From assembly GCA_902610815.1 (NCBI GenBank), contig CACLXG010000001.1, forward strand, positions 76,775 to 140,774: a stretch of 64,000 nt of DNA, given 5' to 3'. A model generated the notes under the pieces. The model was not told where the DNA came from, searched no databases, and was given only the letters and a program-made list of their open reading frames with translations. The translations under genes were made by a program, and so were the position numbers. The stretch comes from an uncultured Candidatus Actinomarina sp. GTDB taxonomy: Bacteria > Actinomycetota > Acidimicrobiia > Actinomarinales > Actinomarinaceae. Shown here piece by piece: positions 20,226 through 29,519 of this stretch (within the stretch, counting starts at the first letter, position 1; each line of letters begins with the position of its first letter).

Positions 20226-21431
20226 ATGGATTTTAAATTTTCTCAAAAGTCATTAGATCTTCAAGAAAAAATGAATAAATTTTTTGAAGAACATATTTTT
20301 CCTAATGAAGAAGACTACGAAAAAGCAATATTAGATTCAGGAGACCCTTTGCACATTCCTGAATTACTTGATGAATTAAAAGAAAAAGCAAGAAAAGAAG
20401 ATTTATGGAACTTATTTCTACCCGACAATGAATACGGAGCTGGACTAACAAATGTTGACTATGCGCCATTAGCAGAAATAACAGGTCAGGTTTGGTGGGC
20501 TCCTGAGGTATTTAATTGTTCTGCACCAGATACTGGAAATATGGAAATACTTGCAGAATTTGGAACACAAGAGCAAAAAGACCAATGGTTAAGTCCGTTA
20601 CTTAATGGAGATATCCGTTCTTGTTTTGCTATGACCGAACCGGATGTTGCTTCATCTGATGCAACGAATATTTCAAGTTCAATAGTTTCTGATGGAGATA
20701 ATTATATTATCAATGGAAGAAAATGGTGGACTTCAAATGCAATCAATCCACGCGCCAAGATATGTATTTTTATGGGAATAACAAATCCTGAAAATCCTCC
20801 CCACACAAGACAAAGTCAAGTGCTTGTCCCTATGGATACAGAAGGGATAACTATAGTCAGACCGATGCATGTTTATGGCTATGATGACGGGTACACTGGC
20901 CATCCAGAATTAAATTTTGAAAATGTTGTCGTACCAAAATCAAATATTATAGGTGGGGAAGGTATGGGTTTTAAAATTGCCCAAGCAAGATTAGGGCCCG
21001 GAAGAATACATCACTGTATGAGAACAATAGGAATGGCTGAGAGAGCACTTGAATTAATGATAAAGAGAGCTTTGTCTAGAGAAACTTTTGGTACAAAAAT
21101 ATCTGATCATGGTGTTGTACAGGATTGGATTGCAAGGTCAAGAATTAAAATTGAAGAGGCTAGACTACTTACTTTAAAAACGGCATGGTTGATTGACAAT
21201 GTGGGTAAAGAACAAGCCAAAATTGAAATATCTGCAATAAAAGTTGGAGTCATTGAAGCTGCCTCCTATGTAATTGATAAAGCCATACAAGCGCATGGAG
21301 CTATGGGAGTTTCCCAAGATACTCCATTGGCGAAAATGTCAGCAGGTGTTAGAACTTTAAGAATTGCTGATGGTCCAGACGAAGTACACTTAAGATCTAT
21401 TGCAAGACGTGAAATAAACAAACACACATGA
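20226..21431 (+). CDS. Acyl-CoA dehydrogenase
   Basis: 401 aa, full ACAD architecture; catalytic region ...RIADGPDEVH. Confidence 0.85.
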   Translation: MDFKFSQKSLDLQEKMNKFFEEHIFPNEEDYEKAILDSGDPLHIPELLDELKEKARKEDLWNLFLPDNEYGAGLTNVDYAPLAEITGQVWWAPEVFNCSAPDTGNMEILAEFGTQEQKDQWLSPLLNGDIRSCFAMTEPDVASSDATNISSSIVSDGDNYIINGRKWWTSNAINPRAKICIFMGITNPENPPHTRQSQVLVPMDTEGITIVRPMHVYGYDDGYTGHPELNFENVVVPKSNIIGGEGMGFKIAQARLGPGRIHHCMRTIGMAERALELMIKRALSRETFGTKISDHGVVQDWIARSRIKIEEARLLTLKTAWLIDNVGKEQAKIEISAIKVGVIEAASYVIDKAIQAHGAMGVSQDTPLAKMSAGVRTLRIADGPDEVHLRSIARREINKHT

Positions 21432-22288
21432 ACGAAAAAATTGCAGTAATTGGTGGAGGGCAAATGGGAAGCCAAATAGCAGCTTTAGCTGCGATGGCTG
21501 GTTACAAAACAAATATTTATGACGAAAATAAAGAAAATTTAGAATATAGATATAAATTTGTTGAAGAAAATATCAAAAACTTAATAGACAAAAAAATATA
21601 CTCTGAAGATAAATTAGATTCCTATAAAGAAAATCTAGTCCTTAATTATTCACTTGAAGATGTAATAGAAGAAAAGACGTTTGTGATAGAAGCTGTAGTT
21701 GAAAGATTTGATGTAAAGCTTGAAATATTTGAACAAATTTCTAAATTGATGAATCAAGATGTTGTAATGGCAACTAATAGTTCTTTTATACAAGCTTCTG
21801 AAATTTCAAAACATTGCGACCATCCTGAAAGGTTTATAAATATGCATTTTTTCTATCCACCAATAAGAATGGATTTGATTGAAATTTCATATCCATCTAA
21901 TGTGTCGAAAGAAGTTTTAGAACGTACTAAAACTGTTAGTGAAAATATGGGCAGATCAGTGGTTGTCCTTAAAAAAGAAACTCCTGGATTTATTGTAAAC
22001 AGGATGTTGGCAGCCCTAGTAGATGAAGCTTATGAACTTTATGATGAAGGGATTGCAGATTTTGAAGATATAGATCTTGCTATTAAAAAAGGGTTAAATC
22101 ATCCTTTGGGGCCATTTGAACTTTCAGATTATTCTGGATTAGATATACATTACTATGCTAAATTGAAAAAATTTGAAGAATCTGGCAACCCTAAAGATGA
22201 ACCAAAAAAGTTTTTAGAAGAAAAAGTTATCAAAGGTGATTTAGGAGTAAAAACTGGCAAAGGATTTTACGAATACAAAAAAGACTAA
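21428..22288 (+). CDS. 3-hydroxyacyl-CoA / 3-hydroxybutyryl-CoA dehydrogenase
   Basis: IAVIGGGQMGSQIA Rossmann motif and 3HCDH C-domain. ATGA overlap with the upstream ACAD gene. Confidence 0.8.
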   Translation: MNEKIAVIGGGQMGSQIAALAAMAGYKTNIYDENKENLEYRYKFVEENIKNLIDKKIYSEDKLDSYKENLVLNYSLEDVIEEKTFVIEAVVERFDVKLEIFEQISKLMNQDVVMATNSSFIQASEISKHCDHPERFINMHFFYPPIRMDLIEISYPSNVSKEVLERTKTVSENMGRSVVVLKKETPGFIVNRMLAALVDEAYELYDEGIADFEDIDLAIKKGLNHPLGPFELSDYSGLDIHYYAKLKKFEESGNPKDEPKKFLEEKVIKGDLGVKTGKGFYEYKKD

Positions 22289-22289
22289 A

Positions 22290-22700
22290 TTACTCGAAAT
22301 CTTCGTCTTTTAGATTAAACATTACTTCCTTTTTCGGTTTTATTACCAATACAATTCTTTCGGTTTGTATTGGAAATGGATAAGGTTTCTTCCAATATTT
22401 TTGTGATAATTTATCAATATTATCTCTCGCATCTTGTCCAGTAATTTCTCCGATTACTTCACCTCTTATTTCAACGAATTTAAATGGGTCATCGTGCTTC
22501 CAAATCATAACTGTGACTCTGGGATCTTTTAAAATATTCTTATATTTGAATCTATGTATCTCTGTATTGATCAAGATATTTTCACCATCTGTATCAACCC
22601 ACATCACATGTGTTTGAGGAACACCATCCTTAAATAAAGTTGTTAACGCTGCATAATTCGGTCCAGATGCCATTTGAATTGTTTTATTGTCTAACCTCAT
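22290..22700 (-). CDS. PPOX-class (pyridoxamine-5-phosphate-oxidase-like) probable F420-dependent enzyme
   Basis: 136 aa split-barrel protein; the TTLFKDGVPQTHVMWV... pattern matches the PPOX class. Confidence 0.55.
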   Translation of the reverse strand: MRLDNKTIQMASGPNYAALTTLFKDGVPQTHVMWVDTDGENILINTEIHRFKYKNILKDPRVTVMIWKHDDPFKFVEIRGEVIGEITGQDARDNIDKLSQKYWKKPYPFPIQTERIVLVIKPKKEVMFNLKDEDFE

Positions 22701-22717
22701 CTGTTAAATTATAGTTT

Positions 22718-23182
22718 ATGAAAGTTGTTTTGCAGAGAGTTAAAAGTGCTTACGTAAAAGTTGATTCAGACGTTATTTCAGAAATTGATAATGGTTATTT
22801 ACTTTTATGGGGTATTGAAGATGAAGATTCTGAAGTTGAAAGTGAAATTTTGATAAATAAAATTTTAAATTTCAGAGTTTTTTCTGACGAAAATTTGAAA
22901 ATGAATAAATCAATAATAGATATTTCAGGAAAGATACTAATTGTTAGTCAATTTACATTAGCTGGAAAATTTCTAAAAGGAAACAGGCCTTCGTTTGTAA
23001 ATGCAAAATCTCCAGAAATAGCTGAAAAGATGATTTTAAAAATTGTTGAAGAATTTTCTAAGCATGTAACTGTAAAAACTGGAAGCTTTGGAGCCATGAT
23101 GGATGTAGGTTTAGTCAATGATGGACCGGCAACTTTTGTATTAACTGCTAGAAATGGGCAATTAATTGATCAAGCAGACTGA
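22718..23182 (+). CDS. dtd: D-aminoacyl-tRNA deacylase
   Basis: SQFTL motif, 154 aa. Confidence 0.85.
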   Translation: MKVVLQRVKSAYVKVDSDVISEIDNGYLLLWGIEDEDSEVESEILINKILNFRVFSDENLKMNKSIIDISGKILIVSQFTLAGKFLKGNRPSFVNAKSPEIAEKMILKIVEEFSKHVTVKTGSFGAMMDVGLVNDGPATFVLTARNGQLIDQAD

Positions 23183-23598
23183 AGTTTAGTTTTTTTTCCT
23201 ATTTCTTTTTTATCAAGTTGCTTATCAAGATAATATTCTTCTCCAGCCCATAAATGTAATCCAAGCCCAAGTTTCATTGCACATCTCTTGAAAGAATCCG
23301 ATTCTGCATGTTTTGCATTGCTTCCATCATTTTTTTGATCATGTTCTACGTCGCCGATAGATGTTACGGTGACTAATTTACCATCAATTTCTACGGTTAA
23401 TTTACCAAAGCAACCAACGACTGCTCCAGTAGATTCTTGTCTAATCAACTCAACTACTTCCCAATCAAAAGGGCCACAAACTTCTAAAAGACGCTGGGTA
23501 ATCACTGGGTGTGGAACATAATTTCCAAATTTACCCTTCGGTGCTTTTTTGATCCAATCTTTTGGAAATTTTCTTGATAGTTCATACAATTGTTTCAT
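23170..23598 (-). CDS. Rad52/Rad22-Sak-family single-strand annealing protein (short, about 142 aa)
   Basis: YVPHPVITQRLLEVCGPFDWEVVE, TSIGDVEH and ESDSFKRCAMKLGLGLHLW match the Rad52 N-domain signature (x-DA-x-KR-x-x-x-fG-x-G-x-x-LY-like). The start at M13 (ATG 23598-23596) overlaps the upstream TGA as ATGA. Confidence 0.6.
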   Translation of the reverse strand: MKQLYELSRKFPKDWIKKAPKGKFGNYVPHPVITQRLLEVCGPFDWEVVELIRQESTGAVVGCFGKLTVEIDGKLVTVTSIGDVEHDQKNDGSNAKHAESDSFKRCAMKLGLGLHLWAGEEYYLDKQLDKKEIGKKTKLQSA

Positions 23599-24116
23599 TT
23601 TCTTCTCTCCATTTCTTTTAAACCTTTTGCCCACACCGGAGCAGTATCGTTACTTGTTTTAATAACTTGTAATTTAGGCTCTTCATCCCAAACTTTTTCT
23701 ATAAAAGTATCTCTTGCTAATTGTTTATCCATTCCTTTTTTTTCTGCAACTGCATCTAAGCCCCTCAATTTAGGGACAAAAGTACTTCCACAAAGTGCTA
23801 CCAAATTTTCAATATCATCTTCTGAGAGTTTTTTGCTTGTAGCCCAATCAATTAATCTTTTTAAATCTATTGTTTTTGATTTATAACTTTTTGAGTAATT
23901 AAATACAGTATCAGATATTTTTATAGCACCTTTTTCCTGAACATCGAGAGCAATTTTATTATCAACAAATTTATTTATTTTATAAGTACTATCTTTTGCT
24001 TCTAGAGAAACTCCTCTTGCAATAAACAATTCTTTTGGCTCTTCAATAGATTGCAATTCAGTATTTTCTAAAGTTTCTTCACCACTTTTAGCGATATCCC
24101 AGATCAAATCTTTCAT
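23595..24116 (-). CDS. Hypothetical protein, translationally coupled partner of the Rad52-like gene
   Basis: 173 aa. Strong RBS taggagaataaATG. No recognisable motifs. Confidence 0.5.
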   Translation of the reverse strand: MKDLIWDIAKSGEETLENTELQSIEEPKELFIARGVSLEAKDSTYKINKFVDNKIALDVQEKGAIKISDTVFNYSKSYKSKTIDLKRLIDWATSKKLSEDDIENLVALCGSTFVPKLRGLDAVAEKKGMDKQLARDTFIEKVWDEEPKLQVIKTSNDTAPVWAKGLKEMERRK

Positions 24117-24328
24117 TTATTCTCCTATAACTTATGCTGCTTCATCATATATTCTATGACAATCACATCGGTCATTATGGTCTAAACAAATAAAATTTGC
24201 TTTTATCCCAGATCTTTCAAGTAATTTAAGTATTTCTTTTTCTTTCATAATTTATAATTTAGAAATGCAGTGTGACAAAAAAAATAAAATAACAATCTTT
24301 CTAACAAAAACCTATATATGATGAGCTA

Positions 24329-25594
24329 GTGATAGTTGAAAATAATCTCTTTGACTCACATATGTATAAAGAAGTCATCAGGCAGTATGATGAAGTTTCT
24401 GATTTAATCAATCTTGATTCAAATATAAGAGAAAGACTTAAATTACCTCAAAGGTCTCTTGTAGTGACTTTTCCATTTAGAAGAGATGAATATGATGAAG
24501 TTGAGACAGTAACTGGATATAGAGTTCAACATGTTTTATCAATGGGCCCTACTAAGGGTGGTATTCGGTACGCACCAGATGTAAATTTAGGTGAAGTTAC
24601 AGCACTAGCTATTCTTATGTCTTGGAAGTCTGCAATTGTAGGATTACCTTATGGTGGAGCAAAAGGTGGAGTTGCGATAGATCCCAATCCTCTCACTCGA
24701 GCTGAAAAGCAACGCGTTACTAGAAGGTATACGGCTGAATTATTACCAATTATTGGTGTTGACAAAGATATACCTGCTCCTGATTTAGGCACAGATGAGC
24801 AAACAATGGCATGGATTATGGACACATACAGTAACTTTGTTGGCTCACCTCAGCCTGGGATAGTAACTGGAAAACCTGTTTCTCTTGGTGGGTCAATAAC
24901 TAGACGGGAATCAACTGGCAGAGGTGCAGTAGCTGTTGGCCAGGCCGCTATGGAGAAAATAGGTAAAAATTATAAAGATTCAAGAGTTGTAATTCAAGGA
25001 TTTGGAAATGTTGGAAGGTATGCAGCCCTAGATTCATATGAAAGGGGTGCAAAAGTAATTGCAGTAAATGATTTGGGCGGTGCAGTGATGAATAAAGATG
25101 GCCTCAATATCCCAGAACTTTTTAAACACATCGCTAAAAGTCCATCAGTCAAAGGCTTCTCAGGGGGAGAAGACTTTGATGGGGAAATCCTTGAAACTGA
25201 TTGTGATGTCTTAATACCTGCAGCTGTAGGAGGAGTTATTACCTCTAGTAACGCTGAAAAAATTAAAGCAAATGTATTAATTGAAGGTGCTAACTCTCCG
25301 ACAACTTTAAATGCAGATAAAATCTTAAGAGATAATGGCGTAATGATAATTCCAGATATCCTAGCTAATGCCGGCGGTATAACTGCAAGCTACTTTGAAT
25401 GGGTGCAAAATACACAAAATTATTTATGGAAAGAAACTGAGTTATTTGAGAAATTAATTGATGTAATGATTACTTCTTTTGAAGAAGTTTGGACTATCTC
25501 TCAGAAACAAAATTGTGATTTAAGAACAGCTGCACTAATAAAAGGAATAAAGAGAGTAGCCGCAGCAAAACTAACTAGAGGCTTATTTCCGTAA
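24329..25594 (+). CDS. gdhA: NAD(P)-dependent glutamate dehydrogenase
   Basis: GPTKGGIRY, PYGGAKGG and a GFGNVG Rossmann motif. Start is GTG at 24329 or ATG at 24362. Confidence 0.85.
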   Translation: MIVENNLFDSHMYKEVIRQYDEVSDLINLDSNIRERLKLPQRSLVVTFPFRRDEYDEVETVTGYRVQHVLSMGPTKGGIRYAPDVNLGEVTALAILMSWKSAIVGLPYGGAKGGVAIDPNPLTRAEKQRVTRRYTAELLPIIGVDKDIPAPDLGTDEQTMAWIMDTYSNFVGSPQPGIVTGKPVSLGGSITRRESTGRGAVAVGQAAMEKIGKNYKDSRVVIQGFGNVGRYAALDSYERGAKVIAVNDLGGAVMNKDGLNIPELFKHIAKSPSVKGFSGGEDFDGEILETDCDVLIPAAVGGVITSSNAEKIKANVLIEGANSPTTLNADKILRDNGVMIIPDILANAGGITASYFEWVQNTQNYLWKETELFEKLIDVMITSFEEVWTISQKQNCDLRTAALIKGIKRVAAAKLTRGLFP

Positions 25595-26554
25595 AAGTTT
25601 TTCTATTTCTGCTTGGATATTATTTTTTTGATCCTCTAATTTTGATATCTGAATTTTAATTTGCTCTTTGTCTTTGCTTCCAATTGGACTTTCTTTTGGA
25701 ACTTCATTTTCGTTTTTGAACATATCTAGTACCTCAATTTCTTCTTCTAAATCTGAAATGGATTCATTTATCATTCTTAGTTCTTCGGTATTAGGAGGGT
25801 TGTCGTTAAATACCGGACAAATTGGTTTATAGTAACACCAGTCACAGAGTGTATTTTTAATTGCTGGAAAATCATCACTCTCATAAGCTTTTTTGATATT
25901 TTCCCAGATTTCTAAAATTTCTTTTTTCGCTTCTATTAAGTCTTCTTCATTGATTTTTAATGTATGAATAGTTGAGTTTTTGAGATATATTAATTTTAAT
26001 TCTGCAGGCATTTCTCCAAGTTCCTCATTTATCAATAAAGCATATAGTTTTAGGGCAAAAAATCTTGGTTCTTTATATTTAGCCATTGGAGCTTTACCAC
26101 TTTTGTAATCAACAATTATTAGTTCACCCTTTTGATTTCTATCCATTCTGTCGAGAATCCCTCTTAAATTTAAATCTTCTATACTTCCTCTAACCCATCG
26201 CTCTCTCTCAAGTGGATCAAAACTAGTAGGATCCTCAATAGTCATATAGTTATTGAGCAACTTTAGACCATCAACACCCCATTCTCTCTCTTCTTCTACA
26301 GTAGAAAAAAGATTATGATGTTCATCTGTGCCTCTTACTTTTGTCCAAGCTTCACGAAATAAATTATGGAGTTTTTCTATATTTCTTTCTTCTTTTGGTA
26401 AATCAAACAAGTCTTCGAGAGCTTGATGAACTGTTGTACCTTTAGCTTGCACTTCATTTGTTGGCTCTTTTAATTTATCTACATTTGCATATTTAAATTG
26501 CTTTGGACATGTTTTAAATTGAGATGCTCTAGAAGGAGATAAATTTTTAATCAT
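25583..26554 (-). CDS. Cas4/AddB-like PD-(D/E)XK nuclease with [4Fe-4S] Cys ligands and a C-terminal coiled-coil tail
   Basis: N-terminal LSPSRASQFKTCPKQFKY, GILDRMD, IVDYKSGK, and a C-terminal CDWCYYKPIC cluster, plus a ~70-aa acidic/Lys coiled-coil tail. Its stop overlaps the gdhA stop (convergent). Confidence 0.7.
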   Translation of the reverse strand: MIKNLSPSRASQFKTCPKQFKYANVDKLKEPTNEVQAKGTTVHQALEDLFDLPKEERNIEKLHNLFREAWTKVRGTDEHHNLFSTVEEEREWGVDGLKLLNNYMTIEDPTSFDPLERERWVRGSIEDLNLRGILDRMDRNQKGELIIVDYKSGKAPMAKYKEPRFFALKLYALLINEELGEMPAELKLIYLKNSTIHTLKINEEDLIEAKKEILEIWENIKKAYESDDFPAIKNTLCDWCYYKPICPVFNDNPPNTEELRMINESISDLEEEIEVLDMFKNENEVPKESPIGSKDKEQIKIQISKLEDQKNNIQAEIEKLLRK

Positions 26555-26755
26555 ACATAAATTATATCTATATTATTTTGAATATTTGTAAAATGTAATA
26601 GTGACTAAGTTTATAAAAATATTACAAATTATAGGAATAATAACTTTTGTAATGTATTTTGTGATTGGAATGCTTTACAACTCTTTTAGTTGGTTTAATC
26701 ATCTCTTTAATTAACCTTGTAAAAATATAAAACTCACATTTGCTAAAGTAAAAAA

Positions 26756-27829
26756 ATGGAAAAAAATATAAAAGTTGCGATATTAGGCGTCGGTAACTGT
26801 GCTAGTTCATTTGTTCAAGGAATCGTACACTATAGTAATTCCGACAATGAAGATGGTTTAATCTCTGATGTCATAGGGGGATACAAAGTCTCCAATATTG
26901 AAGTAGTCGCAGCATATGATATTAATACTACAAAAGTTGGTAAAGATCTCAGCGAAGCTATTTTTTCTGAACCAAATAACACAATTAAATTTTCTGATGT
27001 TCCAAAAACTGATGTCATAGTTCAGCCAGGAGTTGTGAAGGATGGAGTAGGTAAGTTCGTCAAAGATATTATTACAACTTCACCTGACTCTGAGAATTTT
27101 GAAGATTCATTAAGAGATTCAGGAGCGGAGATACTTATTAATCTACTACCAGTAGGATCTGACGAGGCTGTGAAGTTTTATGCCCAATCTGCTATTAACG
27201 TAGGTATAGGATTTATTAACTGTATACCAGTTTTCATAGCTAGAGATAAAGAATGGTATCAAAAGTTTAGAGAAGCTGGAGTCCCTCTTATTGGTGATGA
27301 TATTAAGAGTCAAGTTGGGGCAACAATTGTTCATAGGGTTTTAGCTCAGTTATTTTCTGATAGAGGTGTAAATCTTGAAAATACCTATCAATTAAATGTT
27401 GGTGGAAATATGGACTTTCTAAATATGCTTGAAGAAGATCGTTTAGAAACCAAAAGAACAAGTAAAACTTCTTCAGTTACTTCTGTAGCTAATAAAGGAA
27501 AAGGCATTTCATCTGAAAATGTAAGAATTGGCCCATCTGATTATGTAAAGTGGCTTGAAGACAGAAAGAAAGCATTCATTAGGCTTGAAGGTAAAGGATT
27601 TGGAGGAGCTCCACTTAATTTAGAAGTTCAATTAGAAGTATGGGATTCACCAAACAGTGCAGGGGTTACTATCGACGCTATTAGGTATATGAAGTTTTTT
27701 AAAGAAAAAAATGATTTAGACTCTTTAGATTTAGTATCCGCTTGGCTAATGAAAGCACCATTTAAACCTGTAAAAGATGGAGATGTCTTAAATCAGCTTC
27801 ATGAGCTAACTCATATTGAATCTGACTAA
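26756..27829 (+). CDS. ino1: myo-Inositol-1-phosphate synthase (archaeal/actinobacterial type)
   Basis: KVAILGVGNCASSFVQG NAD-binding N-terminus. 357 aa. Confidence 0.8.
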   Translation: MEKNIKVAILGVGNCASSFVQGIVHYSNSDNEDGLISDVIGGYKVSNIEVVAAYDINTTKVGKDLSEAIFSEPNNTIKFSDVPKTDVIVQPGVVKDGVGKFVKDIITTSPDSENFEDSLRDSGAEILINLLPVGSDEAVKFYAQSAINVGIGFINCIPVFIARDKEWYQKFREAGVPLIGDDIKSQVGATIVHRVLAQLFSDRGVNLENTYQLNVGGNMDFLNMLEEDRLETKRTSKTSSVTSVANKGKGISSENVRIGPSDYVKWLEDRKKAFIRLEGKGFGGAPLNLEVQLEVWDSPNSAGVTIDAIRYMKFFKEKNDLDSLDLVSAWLMKAPFKPVKDGDVLNQLHELTHIESD

Positions 27830-29088
27830 ATTAGAGATTCGCTAAATATTTCTAATGCTTCTTCTACCTGTTCAATCGGTGTCGTTAAAGGGCCCATAAA
27901 TCTAATTACATTTCCAAACTCACCACATGAAACAAGGAGTAAACCTTTTTCTTTACAGTTTGAGATAATTTCTTGAGTTTTTTCCTTATTAGGATTTTTA
28001 GATTCTTTGTCACTTACAATTTCAACACCAATCATTGGTCCGTAACCTCTTACATCCCCAATAAAATCAAAATCATTCGTTAAGCTTGATAAAACTGTAT
28101 TCATTGTCTTTGCTTGTTTGTTTGCATTTTTTAAAATATCCTCATTATCAAAAGCATCTAACACACCTAATGCTGCAGCACAAGACACAGGTGAGGCCCC
28201 AAATGTACTTCCTATACCAGCCTCATGAATAGAATCCATTATTTCTGATTTACCCAAAACTGCAGCTAGAGGAAAACCGCCAGCAATTCCCTTAGCTAAC
28301 GTAACAATGTCTGGTTTTACACCGACAGTCTCTGCACCAAACATATTTCCAGTACGTCCGTAACCTGTTTGAACTTCATCAAAAATTAATAAGATATTAT
28401 TTTTATCACAAATATCTCTCAGTTGTGATAAAAAATTACTTGAGGCTGGAATATATCCACCTTCACCAAGTTCAACTTCAATCACAATTGCTGCTGTGTC
28501 ATTAGGATCAAGTTCATTGTTGAGTACATCTTTGACGCTCATCAATGCATCTTCATCTGAAATATCTCTATAACTATATGGATAAACAGCATGCTTTACA
28601 AATTCTGGAAACGGTCCAAAACCTTCTTTGTAAGGTTTGTCCTTTCCTGTTAATCCCATTGCAAGGTATGTTCTTCCGTGGAATCCACCTTTAAAAGATA
28701 AAATTGCTTTTTTATTTGTATAATATCTTGCAATCTTGACTGCATTTTCCACAGCCTCAGCACCACTATTGACCATAAAGGTTTTAGTTTCAGAATCTAT
28801 GGGATACCTTTTATTAAGTTCTTCGGATAGTCTTACTGCGTTTTCATGTGGTGCAAAAGCAAAACAAGAATGTGAAAAATTATCAAGTTGGTTTTTGACT
28901 CTATCAACAACTCTTGGATGAAGGTGGCCAGTGTTTAGAACTGCATATCCTCCTACATAATCTAAATATCGATTACCTTCAGAATCCCAGATTTCAGCAT
29001 TTTTACCCTTAACAATAAAATTTTCTAAGGAGCTATACCAAGCACTTGGCACATTTGATTGTATTTGATCATTTTGAATGTATACCAT
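27826..29088 (-). CDS. Class-III (PLP) aminotransferase, GabT/ornithine aminotransferase-like
   Basis: 420 aa, PLP lysine in VTLAKGIAGG. Confidence 0.8.
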   Translation of the reverse strand: MVYIQNDQIQSNVPSAWYSSLENFIVKGKNAEIWDSEGNRYLDYVGGYAVLNTGHLHPRVVDRVKNQLDNFSHSCFAFAPHENAVRLSEELNKRYPIDSETKTFMVNSGAEAVENAVKIARYYTNKKAILSFKGGFHGRTYLAMGLTGKDKPYKEGFGPFPEFVKHAVYPYSYRDISDEDALMSVKDVLNNELDPNDTAAIVIEVELGEGGYIPASSNFLSQLRDICDKNNILLIFDEVQTGYGRTGNMFGAETVGVKPDIVTLAKGIAGGFPLAAVLGKSEIMDSIHEAGIGSTFGASPVSCAAALGVLDAFDNEDILKNANKQAKTMNTVLSSLTNDFDFIGDVRGYGPMIGVEIVSDKESKNPNKEKTQEIISNCKEKGLLLVSCGEFGNVIRFMGPLTTPIEQVEEALEIFSESLI

Positions 29089-29150
29089 TACTAATTCACT
29101 GTAACTGAATAATTATTAATACTCAATTTTGTAACTACTAAAATAAAAAT

Positions 29151-29519
29151 ATGGAGTTTTATTTTTTAGAATTACCTTCTTATATAAGCCTTGTTATTTG
29201 TGGTTTTGTAGGGTTGATATTTTTGGCAATTCATTTTTCCAAATTTGAACTGTCTTTTAATTTTTCAAACAAATTAATCCTGCTGTCTTGTTCTACTGTG
29301 CTCTTACAAGTTTTAGTGGTTATTTACTATACACAAAACAATGAAATAGGCTCATTCAGCCTATTTTATAATATTGTTAATCTTTTCATTTTGACATTTC
29401 TTTATATTTACAGAAACGAAATGAAAGTGAATTATCATCTTTATTGGTCATTTGCATTACTCTTTTTGATGGGTATGGAAATCAGAGCAATTCAGACAAT
29501 TGGGCAAGGACTTAGCTAA
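29151..29519 (+). CDS. Small polytopic membrane protein (about 4 TM), first gene of the operon
   Basis: 122 aa, hydrophobic; its stop overlaps the next ATG (TAATG). Confidence 0.4.
   Translation: MEFYFLELPSYISLVICGFVGLIFLAIHFSKFELSFNFSNKLILLSCSTVLLQVLVVIYYTQNNEIGSFSLFYNIVNLFILTFLYIYRNEMKVNYHLYWSFALLFLMGMEIRAIQTIGQGLS

Noticed and set aside
24133-24248. Apparent 38-aa Cys/His-rich micro-ORF upstream of the Rad52-like operon
   Set aside because: On careful re-reading of the sequence, the frame gives only a 14-aa peptide (MKEKKYLNYLKDLG). The longer ORF came from a one-base transcription error on my part.
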